Positions 1-12,900 of a stretch of DNA of 64,000 bases are shown here, in pieces. Below the pieces are notes generated by a model that searched no databases, was not told the DNA's origin, and was given only the letters and a program-made list of their open reading frames with translations. Position numbers and translations under genes: made by a program. Where the stretch lies: positions 12,832,818 to 12,896,817 of the forward strand of contig OZ037772.1 of assembly GCA_964035545.1 (NCBI GenBank), written 5' to 3'. The stretch comes from Bugula neritina. Its lineage: Eukaryota; Animalia; Bryozoa. Positions within the stretch are counted from its first letter, which is position 1. Each line of letters begins with the position of its first letter.

Positions 1-3000
1 TGAGATAAGGCACAGTGTAGCAAAAGATGGCGGCCAACCACCATAGCTTTGAAATTAAGTCATACATAGGATTGAGTACTGGAGCTATTTATGGCTGCCT
101 GTAAGCTAAATGATACGACACATGAGCATTGCTTAGGTTGAACCAATTAAATAGCTCAAGATGTGAGAACTTTATGACGTAGGAATAATGTTTTTATTGT
201 AGACACAAGATGGAGATGGTCCCTATCTACTCAGGAGGTGAACTGGGATAATTAGTCTCATTACCAATTAGTTGGTATGATAAAGCTTATCACTCTTTTA
301 TGAGAAATTGATGTTAATTCATGAACAATAGGCCTTCAATTCTTTTCAAGTCCAAACCTTAGGGCCAAAATGTATTGTCTTGTTTTGAAGATCAAAGTCA
401 TGGCTATGAAGGTGTGAAACTTGATCAAATTTAACCTTTGGCCCAAGATGAAACTCTGCAGTAATGATTAAAGAGGAACCAAAACGTATGTCACTATTTT
501 ACAAATATATGTTACCATTTCAATTATGAATACAATTTAATTGCATCAATTCTAGTAGATAAAATTATGTTACTTATTGAAAACACAATCGAGTTACATG
601 CGCGATTAAAATTACTATTAGTATCTCACTAAACTCTACATTACTTGAAGTTGAACTAGTTAAACTTAATGATAATACTAGGAGTATGTGAAACAAAAAC
701 ATTTCACTGCGGCTACAAATGGGTTATCACTATAATTTAAACTTTAACTTGCTTGAGCATTGAATTACAAACTGCAAAATAAAGGTTTACTATTCACCAT
801 GAACTAAAATATAGTCATGAAACTACATTAAAATAACCGAATTGAAAATGAATTATAAATTAATTTTCTATTTTGATAATTTTCAAAGTCAAAGTGAATA
901 AATTTCCGAAACCTATAACTAACACTTTAGATTTAAAGCGGAAATAGAACTAATCCAATATTTGGATACCTCAACTAAAATTTAAATTGCTATTATATTT
1001 AATTTACTTCAAGTTCAAATGAAATTGAAGAGTTGAACTTTGAGTGGACTAGAAATAGATGAATTTGAAACTCAACCTTAACCCGAGTTAAAGAAAGCTC
1101 TACAGCACCTTTTATTTTAGGCTCAACACAAATCAAAATATTAATATTACCTTGCTGGTTTTCTTTCTCCCACTCTGTTTTTCTTATTTTGTTATTTGAG
1201 GTTTACACTGTTCCGTTCAGATCTTCCACTCCACTCAGTGTTGTTATCTTCACCACACTGTTCTTGTAAATAGAAACACTGAAAACTCAACAGGTGGTTT
1301 GTGAAGAGGCCAGAGATAACATTGGCTGTTTGTTTTACAAGTTCCGCCTCTTTCAACCGCAGGCCTCTACCGCAGCTCATTGTAACAATGATACTCAGTC
1401 AGTGACAATATTTCACTCAATGGGAGGAACTAAGTAAAAGAACCGCCTACATTCAAATATTGGACATCCTCCTGCTTCGGACCCTAGCTAAGACTGAGAC
1501 ACAGCTACTTCAAGTTGGCATCCAAATCATCAAGCTGCATGTACAGGTAATTTTCATTATTCTATTTTATACTTCGTTTTTAAACTATTTTTTTGCATTA
1601 TCTTATAACTCTCATTACAATTTTTCCCCCCAACAAGTTAAAACTTAAAAAGAGGATGAATTTGTAACTTTTGAAAAATCTTTATTGGTGATTTGAAGCA
1701 AAAATCTAATTTTATCAGGTTCTGTAAAAATAAGAGTTAAATTAATTATTAATTTATTATTAGTATATTATCGTTATCATAATTGTTATTTGAGCTCACT
1801 AAAAAAGTCAGGTTGAGGTTGTTTTTAAACTTGAATAATACACTAAGAATCGAATTAAGTTTAGTCAGACTAGAAGTAGAGGTCAACTAGAAATGCAATA
1901 AAATTAAACCGTACACTTTTTATTTTGATAATTATTATAAATCCACTTATAATTATAATATTACTATTAGATTTACTTTTCCTATAATAGTTACAGAATT
2001 ACTATTAGTATTGGTTTTGGAGTTGGTGAATATGAACATCTTTGCGTATCTAGTTCTTTTGTTTCATGACTATTCTATAATATTAATATTTTATTCTATT
2101 TATTAATGTTTTATTCTGTACGACTATATCAATATGCACTCATGGTTATCATTTTACAATTCAGTATAGACGTACAGTTACAGTCATAGTCATAGTCATA
2201 GTAATACAACACTCAACAGGCAACAAACATCAACATAATTATTTTCACGGTTGTTTTACTTTTAAACTTGGAAGTTCTATTTTTGATTATTGCTATGTTT
2301 TCATTTGTGCATTTAAATTAACAATGAAACATTTAAGCTAGTTTATTGTCATATCACTATCAGTTTTAATAAGTATAAGTGTGAGAATAAATCTGTAAAA
2401 ATGTAGATAGCCAATAAACCACCGAAATCAGTGTCACTGAACTGTATTGCACTTCTTTCCACAAATAAGTTATTCAATTCGAACATGTCAAATTTTAGTA
2501 TAATAGTTTTGAGTATGCGTATAGAATCGCTGTTATTTTTTTACTAAATATTTAGCTCAATGTTTTTAAAGTGACCAGTTGTATAGCTGTAGCCTGTAAC
2601 CATTTTTATCTTTTGTTGAATTGCATTTGTATTTTAGAAATTTTTTAGCCTTGAACCCATCGGTTGTTTTGGGTATTATTAATAGAGCTGCAATTTTTAT
2701 GTTTCTTCTTCCTGGGACTCCTGCTGTATCATAGTGATTGTATTAAGTGTTAAAACTTTTCCTGGCATCAAATGTAAAGTGTAGTAATCAATTTAATATA
2801 ATTGGCCAAATGCAAATACTTGTGAATATTCTCATCCCTTCTCTTTTTGTTCTTCTAGTATTTTTTTCTTGTCCATTTGCTTTGGTTAATATGTTTTTTT
2901 TTTCAAGTTAACATGTGGAAAACTTATTAGACGATATGTATAGTTTATAAAAGTAATGGTATACTAATATATTAATTTAAATCCATTTAGCACCTAGTCA

Positions 3001-3263
3001 GTATATGGTGGGGAATGAATTCTTATCTAATGCTTATCATCTTGCTGAACTAGTTAGTAATACAAGAGTTCAAACTCTGTTATTAACACACGTTATTATA
3101 TAACAAGTAGCTGAAAGTAATAGTACTTCTCTTTAGTTCTGTCCTTATGTTTAGGAAGTCTTTAATGTAAAGTTTCTCTGGTAGCTATTTGGGAAGAGGC
3201 TGGCATGGGCTTAGATTCTCTCCCATTAGAGGATGAATGCATAGCTGATGCTTGATTTGATTT

Positions 3264-3300
3264 GTTACCATGGCAACGCTGGCACCGTTGCCATGGTAAC
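3264..3300. promoter_or_regulatory. Inverted pair of consensus RFX X-boxes
   Basis: gttaccatggcaac (3264-3277) and its exact reverse complement gttgccatggtaac (3287-3300). Both match GTNRCC-N(0-3)-RGYAAC. Confidence 0.6.
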
Positions 3301-6300
3301 AATAGACTCAATTTTTAAAACTGCTTTAGAGAAAAAAGTTCAACAACCATTGCCATCTCTAGCACTGTGTAGTTATCTCATAGTTTTGTCTTGGCAAAAG
3401 TCAAATATTCTGTCCTTTTCTTTTTGTACCTTCCTCATATCTTCTTACTCATTTATCATGTTTCCATCTTTCCGGCAAAAAGCTGGTACTACTGAAACTG
3501 CCAGGGTTGGTAGATTGAGTGTCGTACTGCGTAAGTTGTATGTGAATATCACATTTCTACCAAATTAATGCATAGCAATACATCTAGTATTTTAAAATAG
3601 AAACCTAGTTGATCATGCTATATGCACATGTTATTTGTTTTGTACAAGCCTGATATTGGAAGTAGATTTGAAATTTAAAAGCTCTACTGTGGCCCAAGTT
3701 ATGTCACTCTAAAAAAAGAAAGGAGCAGAAGTTTTATGCTTTATATAAAAGCAGTTGAAGTTGACATTTAAAAACTATGTAAACCAAACGAAGGAAAATG
3801 TTTCATATAAACCATATAAAAGAAAAATCTCCATATAAACCATATAAAGGAAAAATCTCCATATAAACCATATAAAGGAAAAATGTATATGGTGGTTCCT
3901 ATTGAAATTAGCTGGGTTTCCAATGATGCACCTTGGTTAAACATAGCCTAATGTGGCTGTCATCATCTCTTATTTCTCTTCGCGGTGTACTAATACAAAT
4001 TTCACCTGTTGAATTATTTCACCGGCTGCTTACAGCCATTTTCATATCTTATTTTCCCAGTAACAGTTTCTCTCCAAAAATACATATCATATATCAGATG
4101 AAATACCGCCCAGATAATAATCGGTCTCAGGATATCCTGGGATGTTCACCTTGGCTACCTACCCTTTGCGTTATCAGATGCATCAAGATATATAACGCAT
4201 GTATTTTATCAACTTTTTTTCTAAAAATAACTAGGAAAGGTTGTTGAAGCAAAAATTGGTGTAGACGAAAAATATTGTAAAAAATTATAATTTACATTGG
4301 GTGTTTTTTGTGCAAACCAAAGCATGCATTTTCATCTAACTGCAGCCTCATATGTAGTGTTCATCTCAGAATCTCCTGATAGACCTACCAGCTTATCTAA
4401 AGACTCTCATCTACTCAGTATGTGCCCTGACATCTAAACCATGGGCTCTACATCTTCTCCATTGTTATCTACATTTTGATGTTTTACCCAGGGGCAGTCT
4501 GAGCTAGACCTAATATCTGCCCCCTCCCCCTTGTCAGCTCTTTTCATCTCCCTGGATTATAATCATTCCTCCTGCTAATATTCAGCCTGTCAGACTTTGG
4601 TCATGAGATATACATCTGTCAGTGATTATACCCCAGTAGCTGCTTATTGTCATTGTTCTGTGAAGTACTCATTTAATTACACTTGTAAGCTAGTACTAGT
4701 CTACAGTCCTACTCACTATTAGAAACGCTTGGATTCAAACAAACAAGCTTTATGCTGGTTCAATCACGCTTCATCTCCGTGGATTTTAAAGTTTAGTCAT
4801 TCTAATTGACCCTGCTGACAGAAAAACTCAAAAACACATTTTATTATTTCTAATTAAATTTTTTTGTGTTTGAATTTACATTTTTATCATCCTGAGGTAA
4901 AAAAATTACTGAAGTCACTCTAACTTTGTATAATTAGAAAGGCTTTTACTGTCTTGTTTTATGTTAACAGGCAATTTAATGATGTGGAAGCAATAAGTGA
5001 TGAGTGGTTTTATTTTATGACTTTAGAGAATATTGTTAGGTATTGTGGCCAGCAGCTGCGGTTTTTAAAACCTCACAAATAACCTAAAGTTGTCAAAATT
5101 AGATTGTGGTGTCAATTGTTATATTCTAGCTACTGTCAACCAGCCTAATTATCCTGAAACCTCACTCGGTGAGCTTCAAAATCACTACACCATCCTTTCT
5201 GAACTACTGAACCGTCTCCCAGCCACTTGCAGATGGTTTATATATTTTGGGGCAAATTATTTTACTGTTTATTAATTCTACTTGCTGCTTTGACCCTGCA
5301 AGCTTCCATTAAAATCCTTTTTGGTGAATTACTTGGCAAATTGTGGGTAATTTTCTGGCAGCTTTTTCCAATCCAGGCTGACTTGTACTTTTTGCTACCT
5401 CAATTATTGACACAGGCTATGCATTGTACGTCAAACTAGATGTGCTCTAACACCTGGTGGCAGCTCACCAACCTAAATATTTCATCAATGCTGCCACTTT
5501 AGCTGAAAAGACAAATAAATAGAAGCGTTGATTGCAGATTTCTCCTTTCCAGTTTGTTTTCTCAGCCTACATGTAGCATTCTTCATCAGGTCTTACAATA
5601 ATATTTAATCTATCTGGTTTATAAGGTCTCAAACATGTGTGTAAGGTCTGCTGCTGTTTACAAACAGCCCAGTGTCAATGTGCCTGCTGTTTACTTACAA
5701 TAGTCATTCTCAAACTGTACCCTTTGAGGACAAACGCAGCCATCTTGTTTATTCATGCCGAGATAAATTAGCTTCTGACCACAACTAGTTAGTTTTGAAT
5801 AGCCAGTAACCCTGGCTAAACCACAAGATCTACAAACCAAGTATCCTTTATCAAATATTTGTGCTGCTAGACAAAAGAAACTGCAGTCAGCCCTTTCAAA
5901 CTACTCCATCTTTAGTCAATCACACCCCAAGCTTAGCGGCCATCTTGGTTTTTTTATTCATTGAAAGAATTGCAATTATATTTTTTGTGGGTGTTTCAAT
6001 TTTGTTACAAAATATATTGTAAAGAGTTCACCTTTAAATATTGTACAAAATTTACATTTCAAACAGGCTGCTTGAACACGTGGCATTTTCCAAACCCAGT
6101 GAAATTGATACATGTAATAATAGGTTTTGAAAAAGTTCAATAGTTTGAGTTCTTTGTTCACCTCTCCAACTGCATGGTAATAAGCTAGACTACCTTGATT
6201 CTCTGGAATACATATTCTACATGAACTCAGCCCTCCATAGCACAGCTGTATGGAGATTAGCTCCCCACTTCCACTCAGATGATATATTGCTGTATAGCTG

Positions 6301-6929
6301 TCAGAGATGGCATGTCCACATGCCATAAAATGGATAAATTATTCACTTCTGTACTTTCTCATTACCATAACCAGAATATGGTGGTTGAGCAGATCTGGTT
6401 GGAATTCTAAATCACCTTCTGGAATATGTTTTAATCTCATTATCTTCTCTAACACCTCATCTTTATGTCTGGATATGCATGATTCATCTCTTAGCTAGAC
6501 TTCACCTCCTAGCTAGACTTTACCTTCTAGCTAGACGCCATGTTAGAATTAACGTGAAGAAATGGTAGAGTTGTGTAGACTGAGAACTCAGTGTGTAGCA
6601 GAGTATCTCTCCTGTAACCACTCAGTTGCCAAGTTCTCTAGATTGAGCAAATAGTTCACTGATAACCTTTCTGTTTGATGTTGTGAGTCACACAATTATC
6701 TAATGTGGGGGCGATGATAGCGGTATAAATTAATCCAAGTTCTTTGCTTAAATTTAATTTCTCATTTCAAGTAAATCCTTTTTTAATCTTAATTTTATGT
6801 TTTTTGGTAACTCTTAAAATGTATTTAAGTCGTAAGTCATGGTAGTAACTAGAAAGTTATCTAATAGACATGGTTTGGTTACAGTTGGCAGAGTGGAACA
6901 CCAACTGATACCAGACACTAGACGCCAAA

Positions 6930-9900
6930 ATGTCGACGTTTATTTCTGCATTGAGGAACGGAGCAAAGCTTCTTGAGAGACGTGATGACGATGGGTTTGA
7001 TAGACTGAGTAACAGGTACTCTGTGGGTGAGTTGTCTTCACTATTCCACCAGTTTCAACTTCACCTGCTGTTGATGCTGTCATTTCACTGTTATTTTTTA
7101 AATTACGGTGCAAAGTAGGTAATTGGCTTATTTCTCCCATTGAAATATTTCCTCAGCCAAAGATCTCCGAGACTCTGTGTTTGATGTGCATATTTTAGAT
7201 AAACTCACCTGCAGCTCAGTCTAATATCTCAGATTCACAATCTAATATCTCAGATTCACAGGCTGGTAGGAAAGTAGGGCGTAGTTAATCAGATTAGTGG
7301 AGGGAGATTAGAATACCAGTGTTGGGTAGTGTTGGGTGGGCAGTACTTACATGGAACATGACAGCTAGTCTGTAGAGCAGCAGAGAGCAGCAGCCATCTT
7401 GGGCAGCGCTGCTTCAACTCAATCTTTAGAAGTTATAAGTTACTCTGCAATAAGCCATGAGATTTGTGAATTACCAGCACAACTCAAAGCTCAGTCACTT
7501 CTGAAACAACCCATTTGATGAGCTGCTGGGTTCTGCTTAATGTTGGTCACCACCCAGACATCTGAAGAAGGCTGTACTGTCAGCTCTGGCTAAACTATTA
7601 CATCACCCTCTGACTAATCACTCTCTGAAGGTCAACCCTGGAGGTCGCTCTGTCTGGGTGGAAACCACAGAACTATCATTCTACCATCTTTCAACCAACT
7701 GACACATCCTCTACTTGAATTAGATTAGTTCATAGCCTCAGCTCTCATCACTCAGTCTACGGGCTGTCACTCTACCCTCCCTTCTATTTCAGCTCATAGC
7801 TCTTTCTCCATTTATCTAAATATTTATGTAAGTTAATATTTTTTACATTTTCTTTTGATGAAAGTTTTAAACATTGCCTTTTTATTGCTTCCATTTCCAG
7901 CTGTTGTTATGATGGAAATGTTACACCAGAACAATACCCTTCTACTCCCCTTCCCCCTCCCCCCTCCCCCTCCCTAATAAGTAGTTGTTGTGTTTCAGGT
8001 CTCCTCATCATGATGGCCGTATTCATCAGCACCAAGTCCTACGTGGGGGACCCCATTGACTGCTACCCTCCTAAGGAGTTCGTCTCTCAGTGGAACAAAT
8101 ATGTTGACAACTATTGTTGGGTATGTGTCCCCCTCTATGTGCCCTCCTCTCTCTTACCCTCCTCTATGTACCCTCCTCTCAGTACCCTCCTCTCTCTTAC
8201 CCCCCTCTATGTACCCTCCTCTCCCTTACCCTCCTCTATGTGCCCTCCTCTCTCCTACCCCCTCTATGTACCCTCCTCTATGTACCCTCCTCTCTCCTAC
8301 CCTCCTTCATCCTACCCTCTAGTCTGTTTGATATATAGTATACAATATAGAATACGATGTACAGTGTGTGATGATATACAATATGTGATGTGATATACAG
8401 TACATGATATGATATACTACATGTGATATGATACGGCAAGAGTCTAGACAGTGTATGGGATCCTCTCTGTTTGGGGAGGTAGGAATGCTAATAGATTTTG
8501 TATCCAATTAAAACTCAATTCTGATTCATCAAATTCCTAGGGTGGAGGTTGATATAACATCTCAGCCTCGCCATCTGCTTTTCATTAAATTTAATCTGGA
8601 GTTATGCAACAGAATGGAAACAGTTCTGCTGCCATAAATTAGATTAACATCTTCTCTCTCTCAGTTGGAGCTGAGATAAAAATGTTGTTTTGATTTTTAA
8701 ATTTCACACCCTGTAGAGTTCCAGTTATTTTTAAAGATAATGTTTGTGAATATTATAAGTTGATAGCTGTGAAGTAATGTACTCGTACATGTGTTTAGCT
8801 AAATCATGCTTACTCAGTGCAAACTTAATGGTTGGAAGAGTTTCGTGGTGTTACATGTACCCATTTCGTAACCTTACAGCTGCATCATCCATATTTCTGT
8901 GAAAGAGTGACGTAACTGGTGACCAGGGCATGTAAACTGTGACATTATTGGTCAACCAGGCCAACGTCATGCCCAGTTGACACGCGAATCCTTATTGCTT
9001 TAGCAGGTTCTCCACTGGTTGACTCCTTGTACAAAAACACCATACCAATAACATTGCATTGATCAGAAGTTAATTGCATCATAAATATAGTGATTGGCAG
9101 AGGGTTTTGTAAACAAGCGTGGTGTGTGCGTGCAAAGTGGCATGTCACAGATACCAGCAAGTACCTGCCATTGCTGTCACTCCATCTGTCAACAGCTACC
9201 AGTCCTTTCTCAATCCACTAAATTTAAATTAATTGCTTCACTTCTAAACTCATATTATTTGGTTTCAATTATTTGATTAGTCTTCTATCTAAACACACAC
9301 GAGAGTTTCTGATGAATAGTCTGTCTGTGTGTCCACAATATGCTACTTCCTGTGTCTCTGATTTCATCTGTAACAGTGAATCAGCTTCAAGCACTTATTT
9401 ACTAAGTCGTCTTCAAAACATGTATTTGGGAACATCAGTATACACAAGTATGTCACTAGCAGCTACACTGTGATATAAGTTAGGTACTTGGAGCGCTGCC
9501 AGCTCCAGGTAAGAGGCAGCAGCAGGTAAAAGGCAGCGGTCACAGCCCGCTGTCGAAGTTGATGAGAAGCAGGCTGACAGTAGCTAGTTGTACAATCTGC
9601 TATACTCCTCTCTATGCTAACTCTATTCTACCTGCTAACTCTATTCTACCTGCTAACCCTCTAATCTAGCATCTCAACTACTTGATTACATAACCCTCTT
9701 ACATAACTTACATGCACTGTCTGAGTGGTGTTATATAATAGCATAGCCTCTGTTCTATTGCAGATAGCGAACACGTACTACGTGCCCCTACACCAGGACC
9801 TCAGCCCCACCCTACCCCCAGGAGGATTGCCACCGGGTGGAAACGTAGACTATGCCCAGGAACTGAGCTACTACCAGTGGGTGCCCATCATCCTAGTCTT

Positions 9901-12900
9901 CTGTGCGGCCATGTTCGCTATTCCTGGTGAGTGAACAGCCCTATCTCTCTCTCACACAGAGCACACAGCCCTATCTCTCTCTCACAGACCACACAGCTCT
10001 ATCTCTTAGTATAGACTATAGACTGTTACATACCCTGCTGTGTCTTTGAATGTTCAACATGAATTATCCATTCAGTAGTGGAGAAATTGAAATAGCCTCA
10101 TTTCTTTAATTTTATTATTAAATTTTGGTTTGGTTTAAATTCTCTGAGAGCATACCTTCTACCTCTGAACTATTGGGTGAAATGTAGGGCTGGAGTGTGA
10201 TAAACTATACGTGAATACTTTTCAATCCTTTTGCTTGCAAGAAAAGAAATATCTCAAATTTGCTGCCATGGAGTGAGTCAGCACCCAGTTCTCTGGTTCT
10301 ATGACTTGTCTGTAGATTACAATCCACCAGTCAGACTGCCCTGACACTCCCTGACACTAGACAGTAGAGAGACTTGCTACTCAGCTGGAATAGTAGTTAG
10401 CTGGTGGTTGAGTAGTGGTTTAGTGTGATTAACTTCTAGACGTTAATTGTAGCTGTCAGCTGTATAGATATGTATAGAGATGTGTTGATATATGGCAATG
10501 TGTTAGTAGATGTTCTAACTAGCTAGCTAGTTCCTACAGGTGCTCTTTCTCAGGTTTCTTCCCAGATAGACCCTATTTATTTATTTTGGTACAATACAAT
10601 ATATATTTAATGTGCAATCTATTTGAATATTGTTTAAATGCATGAATATTTAAGCATGTGGGAAGGTCTATCTGGAATGACACCCTTTCTCATTGGTCAT
10701 ACAGCAAGTGCCCCTTAGACACTGCAGGACAGGTGCTCTGTCCAGTTTTGGTGTCAGTAAAATAATCGGCCAACTCTACTCCTACCAGTTAATCCACATC
10801 CTGTTTTGATGATCAATCTGGGTGTCAGTGTTGTGAAATCATAAGATAGAAGTATTAGCAAGATATTGCTATAAGTGCACTATTAGTTCACAGTATCAGT
10901 TTACAGTATTATTGTCCATCTCTGACGCAAATCCAGTAAAGAATAACCCAGTATTTGTTGTTAAACTTTATTTGTAGGAGTTGCCCGCTCTTAGACCCAA
11001 CTACTGGTTTAGTAGCACAACTCCTAATTTAGTTATTGTATTTTGAGTAAATTTCATAGTAAGTGTTGCCAAGGCATGCAAACTATAACTTTTATTCAAC
11101 TTCTCCATCCAACACACCATCTCATCACCTCAACTCTCTTCCTAGGAGTTGTGGTCAACTTGCTTGCCGTTGAAAAGTGATTTTTGATTTTTAAGAACAT
11201 CAAGAAGTTTGCAAAGTGCACTGCTATGAATGTGGTTACAGTTACCAGCTTGCTGGGCTGTAGGAAAGTAAACCCCAAATCCTCTCTCTCCTCTCTCCCT
11301 CTCAGTGTATGGGTTTCAGTGTGTGGGTATCAGTGTGGTGCTGTTTTCATCAAAGATGTATTCTTAGTTTGAAGTTGTGTTTTAGAAGTATCTGATGACT
11401 TCAAGTAGATCTTTGTTACAACTGTAAATGAGAACCTTCAAAGGATATATAATTTGATTAGAACTCAGAGTCGAGTGCATTGTGTGTGATGTTTCTACAA
11501 GCACTTGCTATCCATTGTCACTTCAGTTAGCTCAGGTGTCATAGTTGAGGCTAGAACATGTCATTTACTAGTGTCAGTTTTTGGAGCACCTGCTCTACCT
11601 GTCGGCCTGTTGGCTCCTCTCACTCGCTATGGTTACATCCTGGATGTCAGAGACTGCCAACATCAGCTAATATCTCAGTTCTTGGCAGTTCCTTGCATGA
11701 GTAGAGAGTTTATGTTGTAACACAACCCTCGTGTTTTCTAAGACAACGTTGGCTGCTGCTGTGTTGAAATAACACTGGCCAGGAAAGTGTGGCTCCAACC
11801 ACAAGGGTTGTCATGGCGGTAGCAGCATAGTCTGTGATTGGTGGAAAGTTGCTGACTCTCACTGTTGGCCTTAGATCCCCCCCCCCCCACCTGTGGGTGT
11901 CCCTGGTTGACCCTGAGGTAGTCACCTTCTAGTGAATCGCTCACAGATGTGTTGCAAGGCACTTCCTGTGAAGTAAGTCGTCTGCCATGACTCATCCTGC
12001 CTTCTGCATTCACGGAGACTGCCTTCTGCTTATAACAAAGCGCTCATTCATCATATCTCAGTAGAATGGAATTTCATCAACATTAAATCCTACTTTGTAA
12101 CCATAGCAACCGCTTTATCTCCTGTATTTAATTATTCTGTGAATAATTTGTTATGTATAATGGGCTGAAACTGAAATAACAGATTTAATGAGGCATTCAC
12201 GGTAGCTTTGTGCTCAGAGACTAGGGGCTGAGCTGCTTTAGTGTAGGGATTCTTAGCTCACCCCTCCAACCACAGTTCTAAAGACAATAAAAAACTTGGG
12301 CTTTAAAATTTCTCATTTATTAAATGTGAATGTTTTTAGTTTTTACATTACTGTGTTTGGCTGATGCTTCAACTGAGGAGTTTGACAGACTGGCTGAGTG
12401 AGTGAGTGAGTAGTGAGTGAGTGAGACTGCGCCACGATATTTAGAGTGGAGTCTAGAATCTAGATGAATGACCCTGAACCCATAGACCACCCATAGAAAT
12501 GCTGGTCCACAAGCTATCAGCTTATCTTCCCTACATACAGCTGTCGGACAGGCTGTGGTGGGCAGAGCAAATATTTGCTGATTGCCTTCACTTTCTCTGC
12601 TAATACTTGTTTGGGACGCTAAAAGGTTTTTCTGTTATCTCTGCCCTTCAAACAAACTCAACCCATTCTCTGTGCGTCTGTTTGTGTGTCTGTCTGTACC
12701 TACAGTCTGTCTGTCTGTCTGTTACCTACAGTGTGTCTGTCTGTCTGTCTGTTACCTACAGTGTGTCTGTCTGTCTGTTACCTACAGTCTGTCTGTATGT
12801 CTGTTACCTACAGTCTGTCTGTCTGTCTGTGTGTCTGTCTGTAGCTACAGTCTGTCTGTTTGTGTGTCTGTTACCTACAGTGTATGTGTCTGTACTTACT

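Noticed and set aside
10740-12010. GC-richer intronic stretch suggestive of a decayed non-LTR retroelement
   Set aside because: No RT or endonuclease motif could be read with confidence.
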